Below are positions 19,284-27,799 of a stretch of 64,000 bases of DNA, in pieces. The DNA is taken from the IMG/VR virus record IMGVR_UViG_2912464834_000002. One strand, written 5' to 3'. Each line of letters opens with the position of its first letter. Position 1 is the first letter of the stretch. The notes beneath the pieces were generated by a model. It was not told the origin of the DNA. It saw only the letters and a list, made by a program, of their open reading frames with translations, and searched no databases. This stretch comes from a virus. Its lineage: Duplodnaviria > Caudoviricetes. The position numbers and the translations under genes are program-made.

Positions 19284-19322
19284 AAACGGCACTGAGATTT
19301 TATCCAGTGCCGTTTTTGTTTT
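19284..19322 (+). terminator. Terminator after tRNA-His
   Basis: AAACGGCACTG...CAGTGCCGTTT followed by a T-rich tail. Confidence 0.75.
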
Positions 19323-19341
19323 GGAATTCCCAAATTGGGAA

Positions 19342-20367
19342 TTACATGCCTCTTCGCTTTACGATTTTCGTTCGATCGTAGACGCGCGCCGTCGTCGCCG
19401 GATTCGCATGCAAGTCCGGCAATGCGCCGCGTTCCGCCTTATGCCGCGTCACGTAATACGCGCGCAGGTCGTGGAACGTAAAGCGCCTCCCGATCTTCTT
19501 CAGCTCCAGGGCCTTGCTCATCAGCTTCGACCATTCGGTCTTGAAGCCGGCCGGCGTGTAGTGCGTCGCGTATCGATTCGAGAACACGTATAGGCAGTCG
19601 TCCTTGCGAGCAGCGCGCAGGCGCGCGATCAGTTCGGTCAGAGCGGGCGTGATCTCGATATGCTCGATCACCTCGCCGCGTTTCTTGCCGCGCTGCTTCG
19701 CGCGCTTGACGCGGATCTCGCCGGCGGCTTCGTCGATCTGAGGCCACGCGAGATCGAGAAACTCGACCTTCCGGTTGCCCGCCAGCGCCGCATATTCGGC
19801 GGCCATGCCGATGACCGCCTTTTGTCCGCCGAGCGACGCTACCCAGGCGGCGAACGACTGGAAGTCTTCCGGTTCGGGTGCTTCGGTGCGCGGCTGCTCC
19901 TCGTTCCGACGAACCTCGCGACAGGGGTTATGCTTGGCCTCGCCGCGGTCGATCGCCAGACCGATCAGGTTCGAAAGCAGCGCAACCTCGCGGTTGGCGC
20001 GCACCGGCGCGGCTGCGCGCTCGATGCGCAGATAGCGCGAGACGTGTGTCGCGTCGATGTCGGCGGCGCGCATGTCGCCGAACGTTTCCAGCAGCGGCCC
20101 GCTGCATTGCTTGTAGTCGTTGCGCGTGTACTGCGAGTAGCGCTGCCATCCGGGCGTCTCCTGGAACTGCTCCCATAGCCGCGCGATCGTGCCAACGTCG
20201 TCGCCGGCGCCGAGCAGGTCGAGCACCTTGCGTATTGCGACGAGCCGGTCCTGGCCGAGGTTGATCGGCTTCTTCCCGACCGGGTGATAGCGGTACGTGA
20301 AGCCTTCCTTCCGTTTCCGCGCCTCCATGCGCGGCAGGAGGCCATCACGTTCCCGGTGCTTCTTCAT
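19342..20367 (-). CDS. int: Tyrosine integrase
   Basis: ANRE.ALLS, GNRKVE, FTFHDLRA, LH....T.RVY; start re-called at 20367. Confidence 0.92.
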   Translation of the reverse strand: MKKHRERDGLLPRMEARKRKEGFTYRYHPVGKKPINLGQDRLVAIRKVLDLLGAGDDVGTIARLWEQFQETPGWQRYSQYTRNDYKQCSGPLLETFGDMRAADIDATHVSRYLRIERAAAPVRANREVALLSNLIGLAIDRGEAKHNPCREVRRNEEQPRTEAPEPEDFQSFAAWVASLGGQKAVIGMAAEYAALAGNRKVEFLDLAWPQIDEAAGEIRVKRAKQRGKKRGEVIEHIEITPALTELIARLRAARKDDCLYVFSNRYATHYTPAGFKTEWSKLMSKALELKKIGRRFTFHDLRAYYVTRHKAERGALPDLHANPATTARVYDRTKIVKRRGM

Positions 20368-20570
20368 GCTGCGACTCTCCATTTCGGCTGCGCGCGCGGC
20401 GCGGCTTCGGCGCGCGGGCGGTTGACCTGCTCCCACGTCAGCATGGGATGCCCGTCAGCCTTTCGCGGCGCGTCGATGCCGAGTGCTTTCTTGATCCACC
20501 GGGCCTGCGCCGCACCCTGTTTCAGGCCGCCCGTCAGCTCGACGAGCTCGTCATTGGTCACGATTGGCAT
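20364..20570 (-). CDS. DUF4224-like excisionase/RDF
   Basis: ELVELTG....AQARW....GI....ADG.P; ATGA overlap with int. Confidence 0.75.
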   Translation of the reverse strand: MPIVTNDELVELTGGLKQGAAQARWIKKALGIDAPRKADGHPMLTWEQVNRPRAEAAPRAQPKWRVAA

Positions 20571-20572
20571 GG

Positions 20573-21586
20573 CTACACCTCCGGGAATTCGTCGTGCGTA
20601 CGGCCGTCGAGGTGGCGGCCGGCGGCGCGCTTTCCGACCTTGGTAAAGTGGTGGTTCGCCGCGAAGCGGAAAACTGGCTCACGAGCTGGTGTCGTCCCGC
20701 ATCCGCGGATAGCCGTGCCATTCGGCTCGACAGGCAGCCATTCGCCCCATTGCTTGAACAGAAACGGCACGCCGTAGGCCGTGCACTGGTCGCGAAGATC
20801 TCGGGCCCAGCCGGGATGCATCGGCCGCGCGCCGGGGCCGCTTTCGCCGCCGACGATCACCCAGTCGAGTCTGGGCGAGCTGTACCCCGAACCGTCGTCG
20901 GCATATTCGGTGGTCGGCCCGTGGATCCATGGCGCATCGGCAGGGCAGTCTTCGCAGGACTGCATTTCCCGCATGCAGCAGACACCCGTTGGATCGAACC
21001 AGGCTCGAAGATCGACCGGCCCGAGCAGCGGCTCCATCGATAGAAACCGGCGGCGCGCCGGCGTCATGAGAAGCTTTTCGATGTCGCGATCGGCCTCGAC
21101 CTGGTCGACGATCGTCGCGCCGAGCGAGACACCCGGCCAGGGTAGCTCGTCCCACGTGTTGATCCCGCACGACAGCTCGTCGACGACTTCGTTTAGCATC
21201 GCGTGCGCGTTGCCGATCCGCTTCGTCAAGAGCAGCCAGTCGAGGTTCGGCGTCTTGGCGATCAACCTGAACAGGTCGACGCGCCATGCCGGATCGACGG
21301 CGTTGTCGAACACGTCAGCAAGCGACGCGCAGAATACGCGCTGGCGCCGGCCGTGCGCGGCGAAAAACTCGGCATGTGCCTCTTCCCATGCGAGCGGCTT
21401 GCGCCAATTCGCCTGCGACGTGCGGCGGCGCGGCGCGCCGGGCCCCCAGTTCACGGCCGTGCCGCCGGCGAAGCGCGCGTTACGCGTCTCCGCGTAGCAG
21501 TGGTCGCAGCCCGGGCCGATCTTCTGGCAGCCTTCCCACGGGTTGAAGGTGTGGTCGCACCATTCGATTTTGGTGTTCTCGCTCAC
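20573..21586 (-). CDS. Phage Gp37/Gp68 (DUF5131) family protein
   Basis: TKIEW.DHTFNPW.GC..IGPGCDHCYA, WLLLTKR, FLSMEPLLG, WVIVGGESG, FKQWG. Confidence 0.9.
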   Translation of the reverse strand: MSENTKIEWCDHTFNPWEGCQKIGPGCDHCYAETRNARFAGGTAVNWGPGAPRRRTSQANWRKPLAWEEAHAEFFAAHGRRQRVFCASLADVFDNAVDPAWRVDLFRLIAKTPNLDWLLLTKRIGNAHAMLNEVVDELSCGINTWDELPWPGVSLGATIVDQVEADRDIEKLLMTPARRRFLSMEPLLGPVDLRAWFDPTGVCCMREMQSCEDCPADAPWIHGPTTEYADDGSGYSSPRLDWVIVGGESGPGARPMHPGWARDLRDQCTAYGVPFLFKQWGEWLPVEPNGTAIRGCGTTPAREPVFRFAANHHFTKVGKRAAGRHLDGRTHDEFPEV

Positions 21587-22341
21587 GATGCGTCTCCTGC
21601 GCGGGCGGTGTCGTACTTGGCTTTGGCTTCGCGGTAGTGTTCGTCGCAGCAGAAGCCTTGGCCCATCCAAAGCGAGGACGACGGATTGCCGCAGAAGCAG
21701 GACGGCATGGGGTTCGCCTGGTTTGCGTTGAACCAGAACTGAGCATGCTTGCCGTGCGGCGCGTCGAAATCGGGGAGGTGGCCCGGACCGGCCAAGGTAT
21801 TGACGATCCAGCTCAGGCCCGCTTCAGCGCCGTTGCCGTGCTGCCACTCGATAACGGCGGACTGCATGGCAACGGTTTGGTCGTGGATGATGTCCGACAG
21901 CGTCTTGATGAGAGACTCCGACCGCACGACGTCGCGCGTCTTCTGTTCTTCACGCTTCAGACGCTCGCGCATCGATTCGTGCTTCTTTTCGCGCACATAC
22001 AACGCGACTGGACCGTCCTCGGTGTCGTAGATTTCGAGTAGGAGCCAGCCGTCGCCGGCCGGCGCGCTCGGCGTCCAGAAGCTGCAGTTCGCACTGTTGG
22101 ATGAGAAGTACTGGTCATACGTGTCGCAATCGACGTCGTTCTCCATATGGATGAACGCGGCTTCGATACCGAACGCAGCGAAGAACGTCTCGTAGTTCAC
22201 ATCCTCGTCGAGGTACGGGACGGCGGGGTGCGACAGCATGCCTTCCTCGTCGCGCACGATCTCGCGCGGCGTGAGAATCGCGCGGCGCAGCCCCTGGAGG
22301 TCGGCCGGCATAGCGGCGCGCGGGGTATCGGTGGTGGTCAT
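21583..22341 (-). CDS. Hypothetical phage protein
   Basis: 252 aa, translationally coupled on both sides. Confidence 0.7.
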   Translation of the reverse strand: MTTTDTPRAAMPADLQGLRRAILTPREIVRDEEGMLSHPAVPYLDEDVNYETFFAAFGIEAAFIHMENDVDCDTYDQYFSSNSANCSFWTPSAPAGDGWLLLEIYDTEDGPVALYVREKKHESMRERLKREEQKTRDVVRSESLIKTLSDIIHDQTVAMQSAVIEWQHGNGAEAGLSWIVNTLAGPGHLPDFDAPHGKHAQFWFNANQANPMPSCFCGNPSSSLWMGQGFCCDEHYREAKAKYDTARAGDAS

Positions 22342-22733
22342 TGTTCCCGGCCCTCCATGTCGGCAGCGGTGATGACATACTGGCGCACATTGACGACGCT
22401 GTAGAACGTCGGCTTCGCGTGCTTCTCGATCCAGCCGGCCAGCAGCGCATCGAGTTCGGCCCTTGCTTCTGGCATGACGTCCGGGTAGCCGTCCGCATAT
22501 TCGCCGACCTCGTCGTAGGCACGATTGCCCATCGTGTCAATCACGTCGTCCGCATCGCACAGATACTTGATCGAGATGGGTTCAACATCTCCGACGTACA
22601 CGACGTCGCCGATGGCGAGGTCCTCGTATGTGTCGAGCAGCTCATCGAGCTCGTCACACGTGAAATCCTCGTTGTTGCGGCTCCAGACGACGCGCACATC
22701 AGCTGCCTGGCTGTTTTCGGTTTGGGTGGTCAT
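22338..22733 (-). CDS. Hypothetical acidic phage protein
   Basis: 131 aa, GAGGAG RBS after the RT stop. Confidence 0.7.
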   Translation of the reverse strand: MTTQTENSQAADVRVVWSRNNEDFTCDELDELLDTYEDLAIGDVVYVGDVEPISIKYLCDADDVIDTMGNRAYDEVGEYADGYPDVMPEARAELDALLAGWIEKHAKPTFYSVVNVRQYVITAADMEGREQ

Positions 22734-22743
22734 GGGACACTCC

Positions 22744-23889
22744 TCAGAAGGTTCTCGTGAGATCGCGATCGACGGCTTTACCCAGCGAACGCAGAAGGTT
22801 CGCGAGGCTCGCGCGATCGTGGTGGCTGGCGGTTGCCTGCCGCAGCAGGCCGAAATACGAATTCGCGACCGGCATCAGATCGCCGGCTGGTGTCTCGGCG
22901 ACGCGCCGCAGGGCTTCGTTGCGCGTGCGTTTCCGCGTCTCGCGACGCCATGGCTTGATGACCTGACCGACGAAGTCGATGCCGCGGTCAATCGGCTGGA
23001 GGATGGTTTTGCGCGGGTTGATCCGCGCGCCGAGCTGCGTGGGCAGGAACGCGGTGACGTCGGCGAGGATCGCGTTCAAGCGCGCCGGCGACTCGTGCAG
23101 GAACACGAAATCGTCGACGTACCGGATGTAGTGCCGCGCGCGGAGCACATGCTTCGCGCGCTGATCGAGAACGTCGAGGTACACGTTCGCGAAGAACTGG
23201 CTCGACAGGTTGCCGATCGGAAGGCCAAGGTGCTCGGCTTGTTCCATCAGGCGCTTGTGCGGCGGCACGAGCTCGATCATTGCCGGGTCGCCGTGGTGTT
23301 CGAAGTCGGCCCGTGGATCGTGCATCAGCACGCGCTCGGTCAGCGCACGCCAAAACGGCTCGGAGATCTTCGCGAAGAGCAGGTCGAGCAGGATGCGCTT
23401 GTCGATGCTGACGAAGAAGTTCGCGAGATCGCACTTCAGGTAGAACGCGCGACGCGACCAGTTCTGCGTGATCGATCGCACCTTCGCTTCGAGGCGCTGC
23501 GCGGCGTATAGCGTGCCGCGGCCCTTGATGCAGGCGCATGAATCGGCGATGAAGGACCGCTCGAAGCTCGGGCCGATCCGGTTGTAAAGCAGGTGGTGCA
23601 CGATGCGATCGCGAAATGCGGCCGCCCAGACTTCGCGCGGCTTCGGTCTCGTGATGACGAAGCATTTCGAGCGGCCGGGTGTGTAACTGCCTTCGGCCAG
23701 CTCGTCGTACAGGCGTCGCAGGTTGCGTTCGAGCCGCATTTCGAACGCGAGCGCTGCATTGCTGTTTCGCTTCGTTCGCCGGCAGTCGAGATACGCTTCG
23801 ACCAGCTCGGCGAACGAAAATGGCCCTCGATCTGCGGACGGCTCGGGCGCGCAACTCGTTGTTCTGGTGGTTGTTGTTCTGGTTGCCAT
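22744..23889 (-). CDS. DGR reverse transcriptase
   Basis: KPREV.AA.FRDRIVHH, GLPIGNLSSQFFANVYL (DGR GxxxSQ signature), YIRYVDDF, GIDFVG; start uncertain, nearest in-frame ATG is 23889. Confidence 0.93.
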   Translation of the reverse strand: MATRTTTTRTTSCAPEPSADRGPFSFAELVEAYLDCRRTKRNSNAALAFEMRLERNLRRLYDELAEGSYTPGRSKCFVITRPKPREVWAAAFRDRIVHHLLYNRIGPSFERSFIADSCACIKGRGTLYAAQRLEAKVRSITQNWSRRAFYLKCDLANFFVSIDKRILLDLLFAKISEPFWRALTERVLMHDPRADFEHHGDPAMIELVPPHKRLMEQAEHLGLPIGNLSSQFFANVYLDVLDQRAKHVLRARHYIRYVDDFVFLHESPARLNAILADVTAFLPTQLGARINPRKTILQPIDRGIDFVGQVIKPWRRETRKRTRNEALRRVAETPAGDLMPVANSYFGLLRQATASHHDRASLANLLRSLGKAVDRDLTRTF

Positions 23890-23920
23890 TGTTGAAGTTC
23901 TGGTACCACGCCCAGCCGGA
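23830..23920 (-). repeat. DGR template repeat (TR)
   Basis: TCCGGCTGGGCGTGGTACCAGAACTTCAACAATGGCAACCAGAACAACAACCACCAGAACAACGAGTTGCGCGCCCGAGCCGTCCGCAGAT; nine AAY codons. Confidence 0.95.
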
Positions 23921-24082
23921 GGTATCGTGCGATCTACGTCGCCCGACCGATTTCTCAGTCGGGAAACTGCGCTGGACCTTTCCGCACGCCGGCGGCCGGT
24001 TTCCTCATTGCGCATGGCGGTGGCTTTGTGAGCCAGCGGCACGGCCAGATTGATATATCGCTCAGCCGCGAAGGCCTTGACC

Positions 24083-24439
24083 TTAGCGGAGCGGGCGACG
24101 GTTTGCGGCGTTCTTCCAGCCTGTGGCCTGCTTCCCGATGCTCGTCGTCTTCTCGACGGCAGCTGCGTAGCCGTCACGTGAGATCAGGCGCTTGTCCATA
24201 CTGAGACGAAGCAGCAGCTCGATCACCTGCAGACGCTCGAGCAATTCGACGAGGTGCGGAGCCTTGTCGGCCGCGACGTTCGCGCGGAACACCAACACCA
24301 TGATCTCGATGCACTCCGCGTTGATCTTCTCGCCGATGCTGCGCTTGAAGTCGCGGGGCATGTTCTTGACCAAAGTGGTGACATCATCGAGCAGCCCATA
24401 GGCCGCTCGATATATCGGAAGTTGGTTGTGCAGGGCCAC
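24083..24439 (-). CDS. avd: Accessory variability determinant (Avd-like four-helix bundle)
   Basis: 118 aa, LPIYR..Y.L, PRDFKRSIGEKI, IGKQ..GW; lies between targets and TR. Confidence 0.85.
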   Translation of the reverse strand: MALHNQLPIYRAAYGLLDDVTTLVKNMPRDFKRSIGEKINAECIEIMVLVFRANVAADKAPHLVELLERLQVIELLLRLSMDKRLISRDGYAAAVEKTTSIGKQATGWKNAANRRPLR

Positions 24440-24453
24440 GGCGGGTTAAATAA

Positions 24454-24918
24454 TCAAAAAACTGAAGGGATAAATCTGCGGACGGCGCGGGCGCGCAACT
24501 CGCAGTTCTGGCGGGTGTTGCGCTGGGTGCCATGGCTGAAGTCCTGGTACCACGCCCAGCCGGAGTTCGATTCGTGGCGTTCACCGGACCAGTAATAGGT
24601 CGGCTCGAACTCGGCCTTCAGGTTCGCGAACAGGAGCGATTGCTCCCGCCGCGTCGGCAGTTCGCCGCCACGTTCGGCGGCCCACGTCTTCGCCGCCTCC
24701 CAATCCAGATCTTCGGCTTCCCCCGGCAGGAGAATCAGGTAGTGGCTCAACGAGCCGTCTTCGAGAAGGATCTGCCCGGCGATGCGCTCGCCGGCAGCGA
24801 GCGGGACCGTGACGGCGTCGACGTAGTACTCGGTCGCCCGCGGTTGCTTCTTGAACTCGTCGATCATCGCGCCGATGCGCGCGTGATCTGCTTCAATCTG
24901 TTCGAGCGTGATCGTCAT
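24454..24918 (-). CDS. DGR target 1, DUF1566/CLec-like protein
   Basis: W..A..WA...GG.LPTR.E, YWS, AW...F..G...LRARAVRR; C-terminal VR. Confidence 0.9.
   Translation of the reverse strand: MTITLEQIEADHARIGAMIDEFKKQPRATEYYVDAVTVPLAAGERIAGQILLEDGSLSHYLILLPGEAEDLDWEAAKTWAAERGGELPTRREQSLLFANLKAEFEPTYYWSGERHESNSGWAWYQDFSHGTQRNTRQNCELRARAVRRFIPSVF
24474..24564 (-). repeat. Variable repeat VR1
   Basis: 11 mismatches to TR over 91 nt, all at TR adenines. Confidence 0.95.
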
Positions 24919-24948
24919 TGCATGCTCCGATTGTGAATGGCTGAAGGG

Positions 24949-25311
24949 TTAAATCGACAATCTGCGGACGGCGCGGGCGCGCAACTCGCTGCTCTGGAGG
25001 TCGCCGTACTGGAAGCCATTGGCGAAGTACTGGGACCACGCCCAGCCGGCGAAATCCGGGTCATCGTCCGGCGTGTTCGACCAGTACGCAGCCTTCTCGA
25101 ACAGGTCGCGGTGCTGCTCGTATGCGATCACGAGCTCGGCGCGCGTCGGCAGGTCTCCACCGCGGCTCTTGGCCCAGTCCATCTGTTCCTGCCACGTCCC
25201 GCGATCGTTCTCGCCGGGCAGCAGGATCGTGTGCGTGACGTCGCCATTCCTGTCGACGAAGCCGCCGAGGTAGACCTCGCCGTCGGCGAGCGTGGGAAGC
25301 TGGATCTGCAT
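24949..25311 (-). CDS. DGR target 2, DUF1566/CLec-like protein
   Basis: 120 aa from ATG 25311 (GGAGA RBS); same motifs as target 1. Confidence 0.9.
   Translation of the reverse strand: MQIQLPTLADGEVYLGGFVDRNGDVTHTILLPGENDRGTWQEQMDWAKSRGGDLPTRAELVIAYEQHRDLFEKAAYWSNTPDDDPDFAGWAWSQYFANGFQYGDLQSSELRARAVRRLSI
24960..25049 (-). repeat. Variable repeat VR2
   Basis: 14 mismatches to TR over 90 nt, all at TR adenines. Confidence 0.95.
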
Positions 25312-25320
25312 GGTTTCTCC

Positions 25321-25352
25321 GGAAAAGAGAAGGGCGCCGATTGGCGCCCTTC
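25321..25352 (-). terminator. Terminator-like hairpin directly upstream of the DGR cassette
   Basis: Minus strand GAAGGGCGCC-AATC-GGCGCCCTTC-TCTTTT. Confidence 0.65.
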
Positions 25353-25400
25353 GAATGCCGCGCGGACCGAGGTATGCCGCGCGGGATAGGCTCTGTTGAA

Positions 25401-26024
25401 TCAGCGGGGCATCCACTGCGTGCCGCGCACGATCCGGCCGACTGGTTCGAGCACGAGCACCTCGGATTCCTTCTCGCTGCGCACGAGTGCGCTGCCGCGA
25501 CGCTGGGCTTTCTCCAGCGATTCGTGGCGTTGCGGCTTGCAGTTGCGGCCGACCGTGACGAACAGCGGCGCGCGTGTGCCGACCGGGCCGAGCGTCAGCT
25601 CGTCGATGCGGGCCTCGAGAGCCGCGGCGTTCGCTCGCCAGGTGTCGGCTTTCTGCTGCGCGGCGTCGCGCTCGGCCGCGAGGCGTTCGACGTCGGCGCG
25701 CAGGTCCGCGATGACCCGTGCAACGTCGATGACGCCTGCGTTCGGGTCCAGCGACTTATCGATCAGGCCGACCGATGCCAGCGCCGGCGCGGCTGCGGCC
25801 GGCGGCGTGTCGCCAGGCGGCGGGGGCGCCTTCACTGCGCGCGCGAGCCAGTACACGTACTCGTTGCCGCCGCCCGCGCGCTTCTCACGCTCGACCAGCC
25901 CATCGCCAAGCATGCGGTTCAACTCCTTCGTCACGTCGAGCTGCGGAAGCCCGGTTCCGGTCGCCACGGCCTTCGCCGTGGCTTCCGACGTATCAGCGAG
26001 ATACCGCTCGATGTCCTCTCTCAC
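25401..26024 (-). CDS. Hypothetical protein, N-terminal winged helix plus coiled coil
   Basis: ATAKAVATGTGL....VTKELNRM..DGLVER. Confidence 0.65.
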   Translation of the reverse strand: MREDIERYLADTSEATAKAVATGTGLPQLDVTKELNRMLGDGLVEREKRAGGGNEYVYWLARAVKAPPPPGDTPPAAAAPALASVGLIDKSLDPNAGVIDVARVIADLRADVERLAAERDAAQQKADTWRANAAALEARIDELTLGPVGTRAPLFVTVGRNCKPQRHESLEKAQRRGSALVRSEKESEVLVLEPVGRIVRGTQWMPR

Positions 26025-27787
26025 GCTGCCTCCCGTACGGCGCTTGGCGCGGTGGCGCTGACCCGTCCATCCTCGACCCAGAACGCCTCGATGCCTTCGG
26101 GTAGCCCAGTGGGTGGCGTTTTCAGGCTCATGAACACGAGCGCCATGTCGACCTGGTCGGTGTATGCGAGGTCGTCGAGCCAGTACAGCAGCCGGTCACG
26201 CTCCGGCCCGACCAGCACATCGGCGCGATCAAGGACGAGCAGTTTCAGGCCCGAGAAGTGGCTGATCGCTGCGGCGATGTGCGCGTCGGCGCGCCAGCGT
26301 TCCGATTCCGACAGTAAGGCGTACGCACGACCGTTCGCGAGGATCTCCATTTCCGGCGTGATCGTGACGTCGGCCCATTCAGACAGCTCGGCGAGCGCGG
26401 TCAAGCGCTCATTCATCGGGGTCAGCGCTTCGCGCAGTAGGTCGGCCGGAATTCCGTTCGGCGCCAGCGCGTCGGCGATTGCTTCCCAGACGGCCACGTC
26501 CTGATACAGCGCGAAAGCCTTACCCGTGATCTCGATTGCGGCGGCGGCGCGGCGCTCGGCGTCGCATGCGGCCGCGATGTCCGTATCGAGCTGCGTGCGG
26601 CGTTGCATCAGCGCGCCGAGCTCGCGGCGCGCCGCGTCGATCGCCTCGCCCGATGAGTCGCCAGCGCCGGCAGTCGCTTCGTTCTCCAGGTCCTTCAGCT
26701 GCTTCGCCGCCGCGTCAGCGGCTTCAAGTTCCGCGCGGCGATTGCGGGCGGCGTTCTGCAGCACCGTGAGGCTGCGCTCGTACTCGGGCAGTTTCGCGAT
26801 CGCTTCATCATCGCGCGCGCCGGCTGCGGCGGCGGCCGTGAGCGCGCCATGCAGGAAACGCAGCAGCGCGCCGCATTCCGGGCAGCTGCATTCCGTGCCG
26901 GCCGGCACGGCGCCGGCGCGCACGCGCATTGCATCGACCTGCGGCTGGAACTCCGCGAGCTGGTCGTCGGCCAGCTGAGCCAGCTCGGCGGCTTTCGCGT
27001 AGCCGGATGCCTTGTCGCGCAGCGCGGCGATTTTCGAAGCGCGGGCGCGCGCGGCGGCTTCGCCGGCCTCGGCCGCGCCGATCTGGCGCTGCAGCTCGCC
27101 GACGTCGCCGTCGAGCGACGCGCGCTCGCCTTCGAGCTTGCGCAGCGCCGCCGTGTCGAAGTTGACCGGTGCCGGTCGCCAATCCGCGGCCTTCTGGCTG
27201 CCGTACGTTTCACCGGTCGTCGCACGCCATGCCTGCTTCGCGCCGCGCGCGCGATCCGCCGCTTCCTTCTGCGCGGCCTCGAAACCGGCGCGCAGCATCG
27301 GCGTGATCGCCTCGAGCTGGGCGTCGACGGCGAGCCTGATCACGCGGGCCGGAGACGTCAGCTTGTCGACCAGCCGCGAGCGAATTTCCTGGGCACCGAT
27401 CTTCACGCCCATCAATTCATACAGGAACGCGCGGCGCGCAGCGGCGTCGAGCTGCGCGAAGCGCTGCGCGTCGAGCACCAGCGGAAGGCGCGGATCTTCG
27501 GCGAGCTCGCGCTTCAGCTTACCCGACGGCAGCATGACGCTGTTCGCCTGCTCGCCGCACGCGACGACGATCTGACCAGCGTCCGAGCCTTCGGTGACGA
27601 GCGAGCCGTATTCCTTCTTCAGCGCGACGCGCACGGTGTCCCCGGTGAGCGCCATACGCACGGCTTCCTGCAGGCTGCTCTTGCCGGCGCCGTTCGGGCC
27701 GGCGAAGAGTGCGACGGGTTTCGACAGCCGCAGGTCCGCGGCGTGGATCCCGAGCACTTTCGAGACGTAGATGTCGGTGATCTTCAT
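26021..27787 (-). CDS. SbcC/Rad50-like coiled-coil ATPase
   Basis: Walker A GPNGAGKS, CPEC hook, LSESE signature, LLVLD. Confidence 0.85.
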   Translation of the reverse strand: MKITDIYVSKVLGIHAADLRLSKPVALFAGPNGAGKSSLQEAVRMALTGDTVRVALKKEYGSLVTEGSDAGQIVVACGEQANSVMLPSGKLKRELAEDPRLPLVLDAQRFAQLDAAARRAFLYELMGVKIGAQEIRSRLVDKLTSPARVIRLAVDAQLEAITPMLRAGFEAAQKEAADRARGAKQAWRATTGETYGSQKAADWRPAPVNFDTAALRKLEGERASLDGDVGELQRQIGAAEAGEAAARARASKIAALRDKASGYAKAAELAQLADDQLAEFQPQVDAMRVRAGAVPAGTECSCPECGALLRFLHGALTAAAAAGARDDEAIAKLPEYERSLTVLQNAARNRRAELEAADAAAKQLKDLENEATAGAGDSSGEAIDAARRELGALMQRRTQLDTDIAAACDAERRAAAAIEITGKAFALYQDVAVWEAIADALAPNGIPADLLREALTPMNERLTALAELSEWADVTITPEMEILANGRAYALLSESERWRADAHIAAAISHFSGLKLLVLDRADVLVGPERDRLLYWLDDLAYTDQVDMALVFMSLKTPPTGLPEGIEAFWVEDGRVSATAPSAVREAA

Positions 27788-27799
27788 GGGAGGTTCCGG

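Larger units (their letters stand above)
22744..25311 (-). mobile_element. Diversity-generating retroelement core cassette (target2-target1-avd-TR-RT)
   Basis: RT, Avd, TR and VRs with adenine-only mismatches. Confidence 0.93.

Noticed and set aside
19124-19381. 85-aa ORF over the tRNA
   Set aside because: Spurious; it overlaps tRNA-His and its terminator.
22525-23511. 328-aa plus-strand ORF opposite the RT, and similar long antisense ORFs (26849-28294, 34362-35792, 47156-48880, 49807-51582)
   Set aside because: Shadow ORFs expected from high-GC codon bias opposite well-supported genes.
22744-24177. RT as a group II intron, retron or Abi RT; 477-aa call from the ORF track
   Set aside because: The GxxxSQ motif, Avd and TR/VR pairs identify a DGR. 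The long N-terminal extension overlaps avd and lacks RT character.
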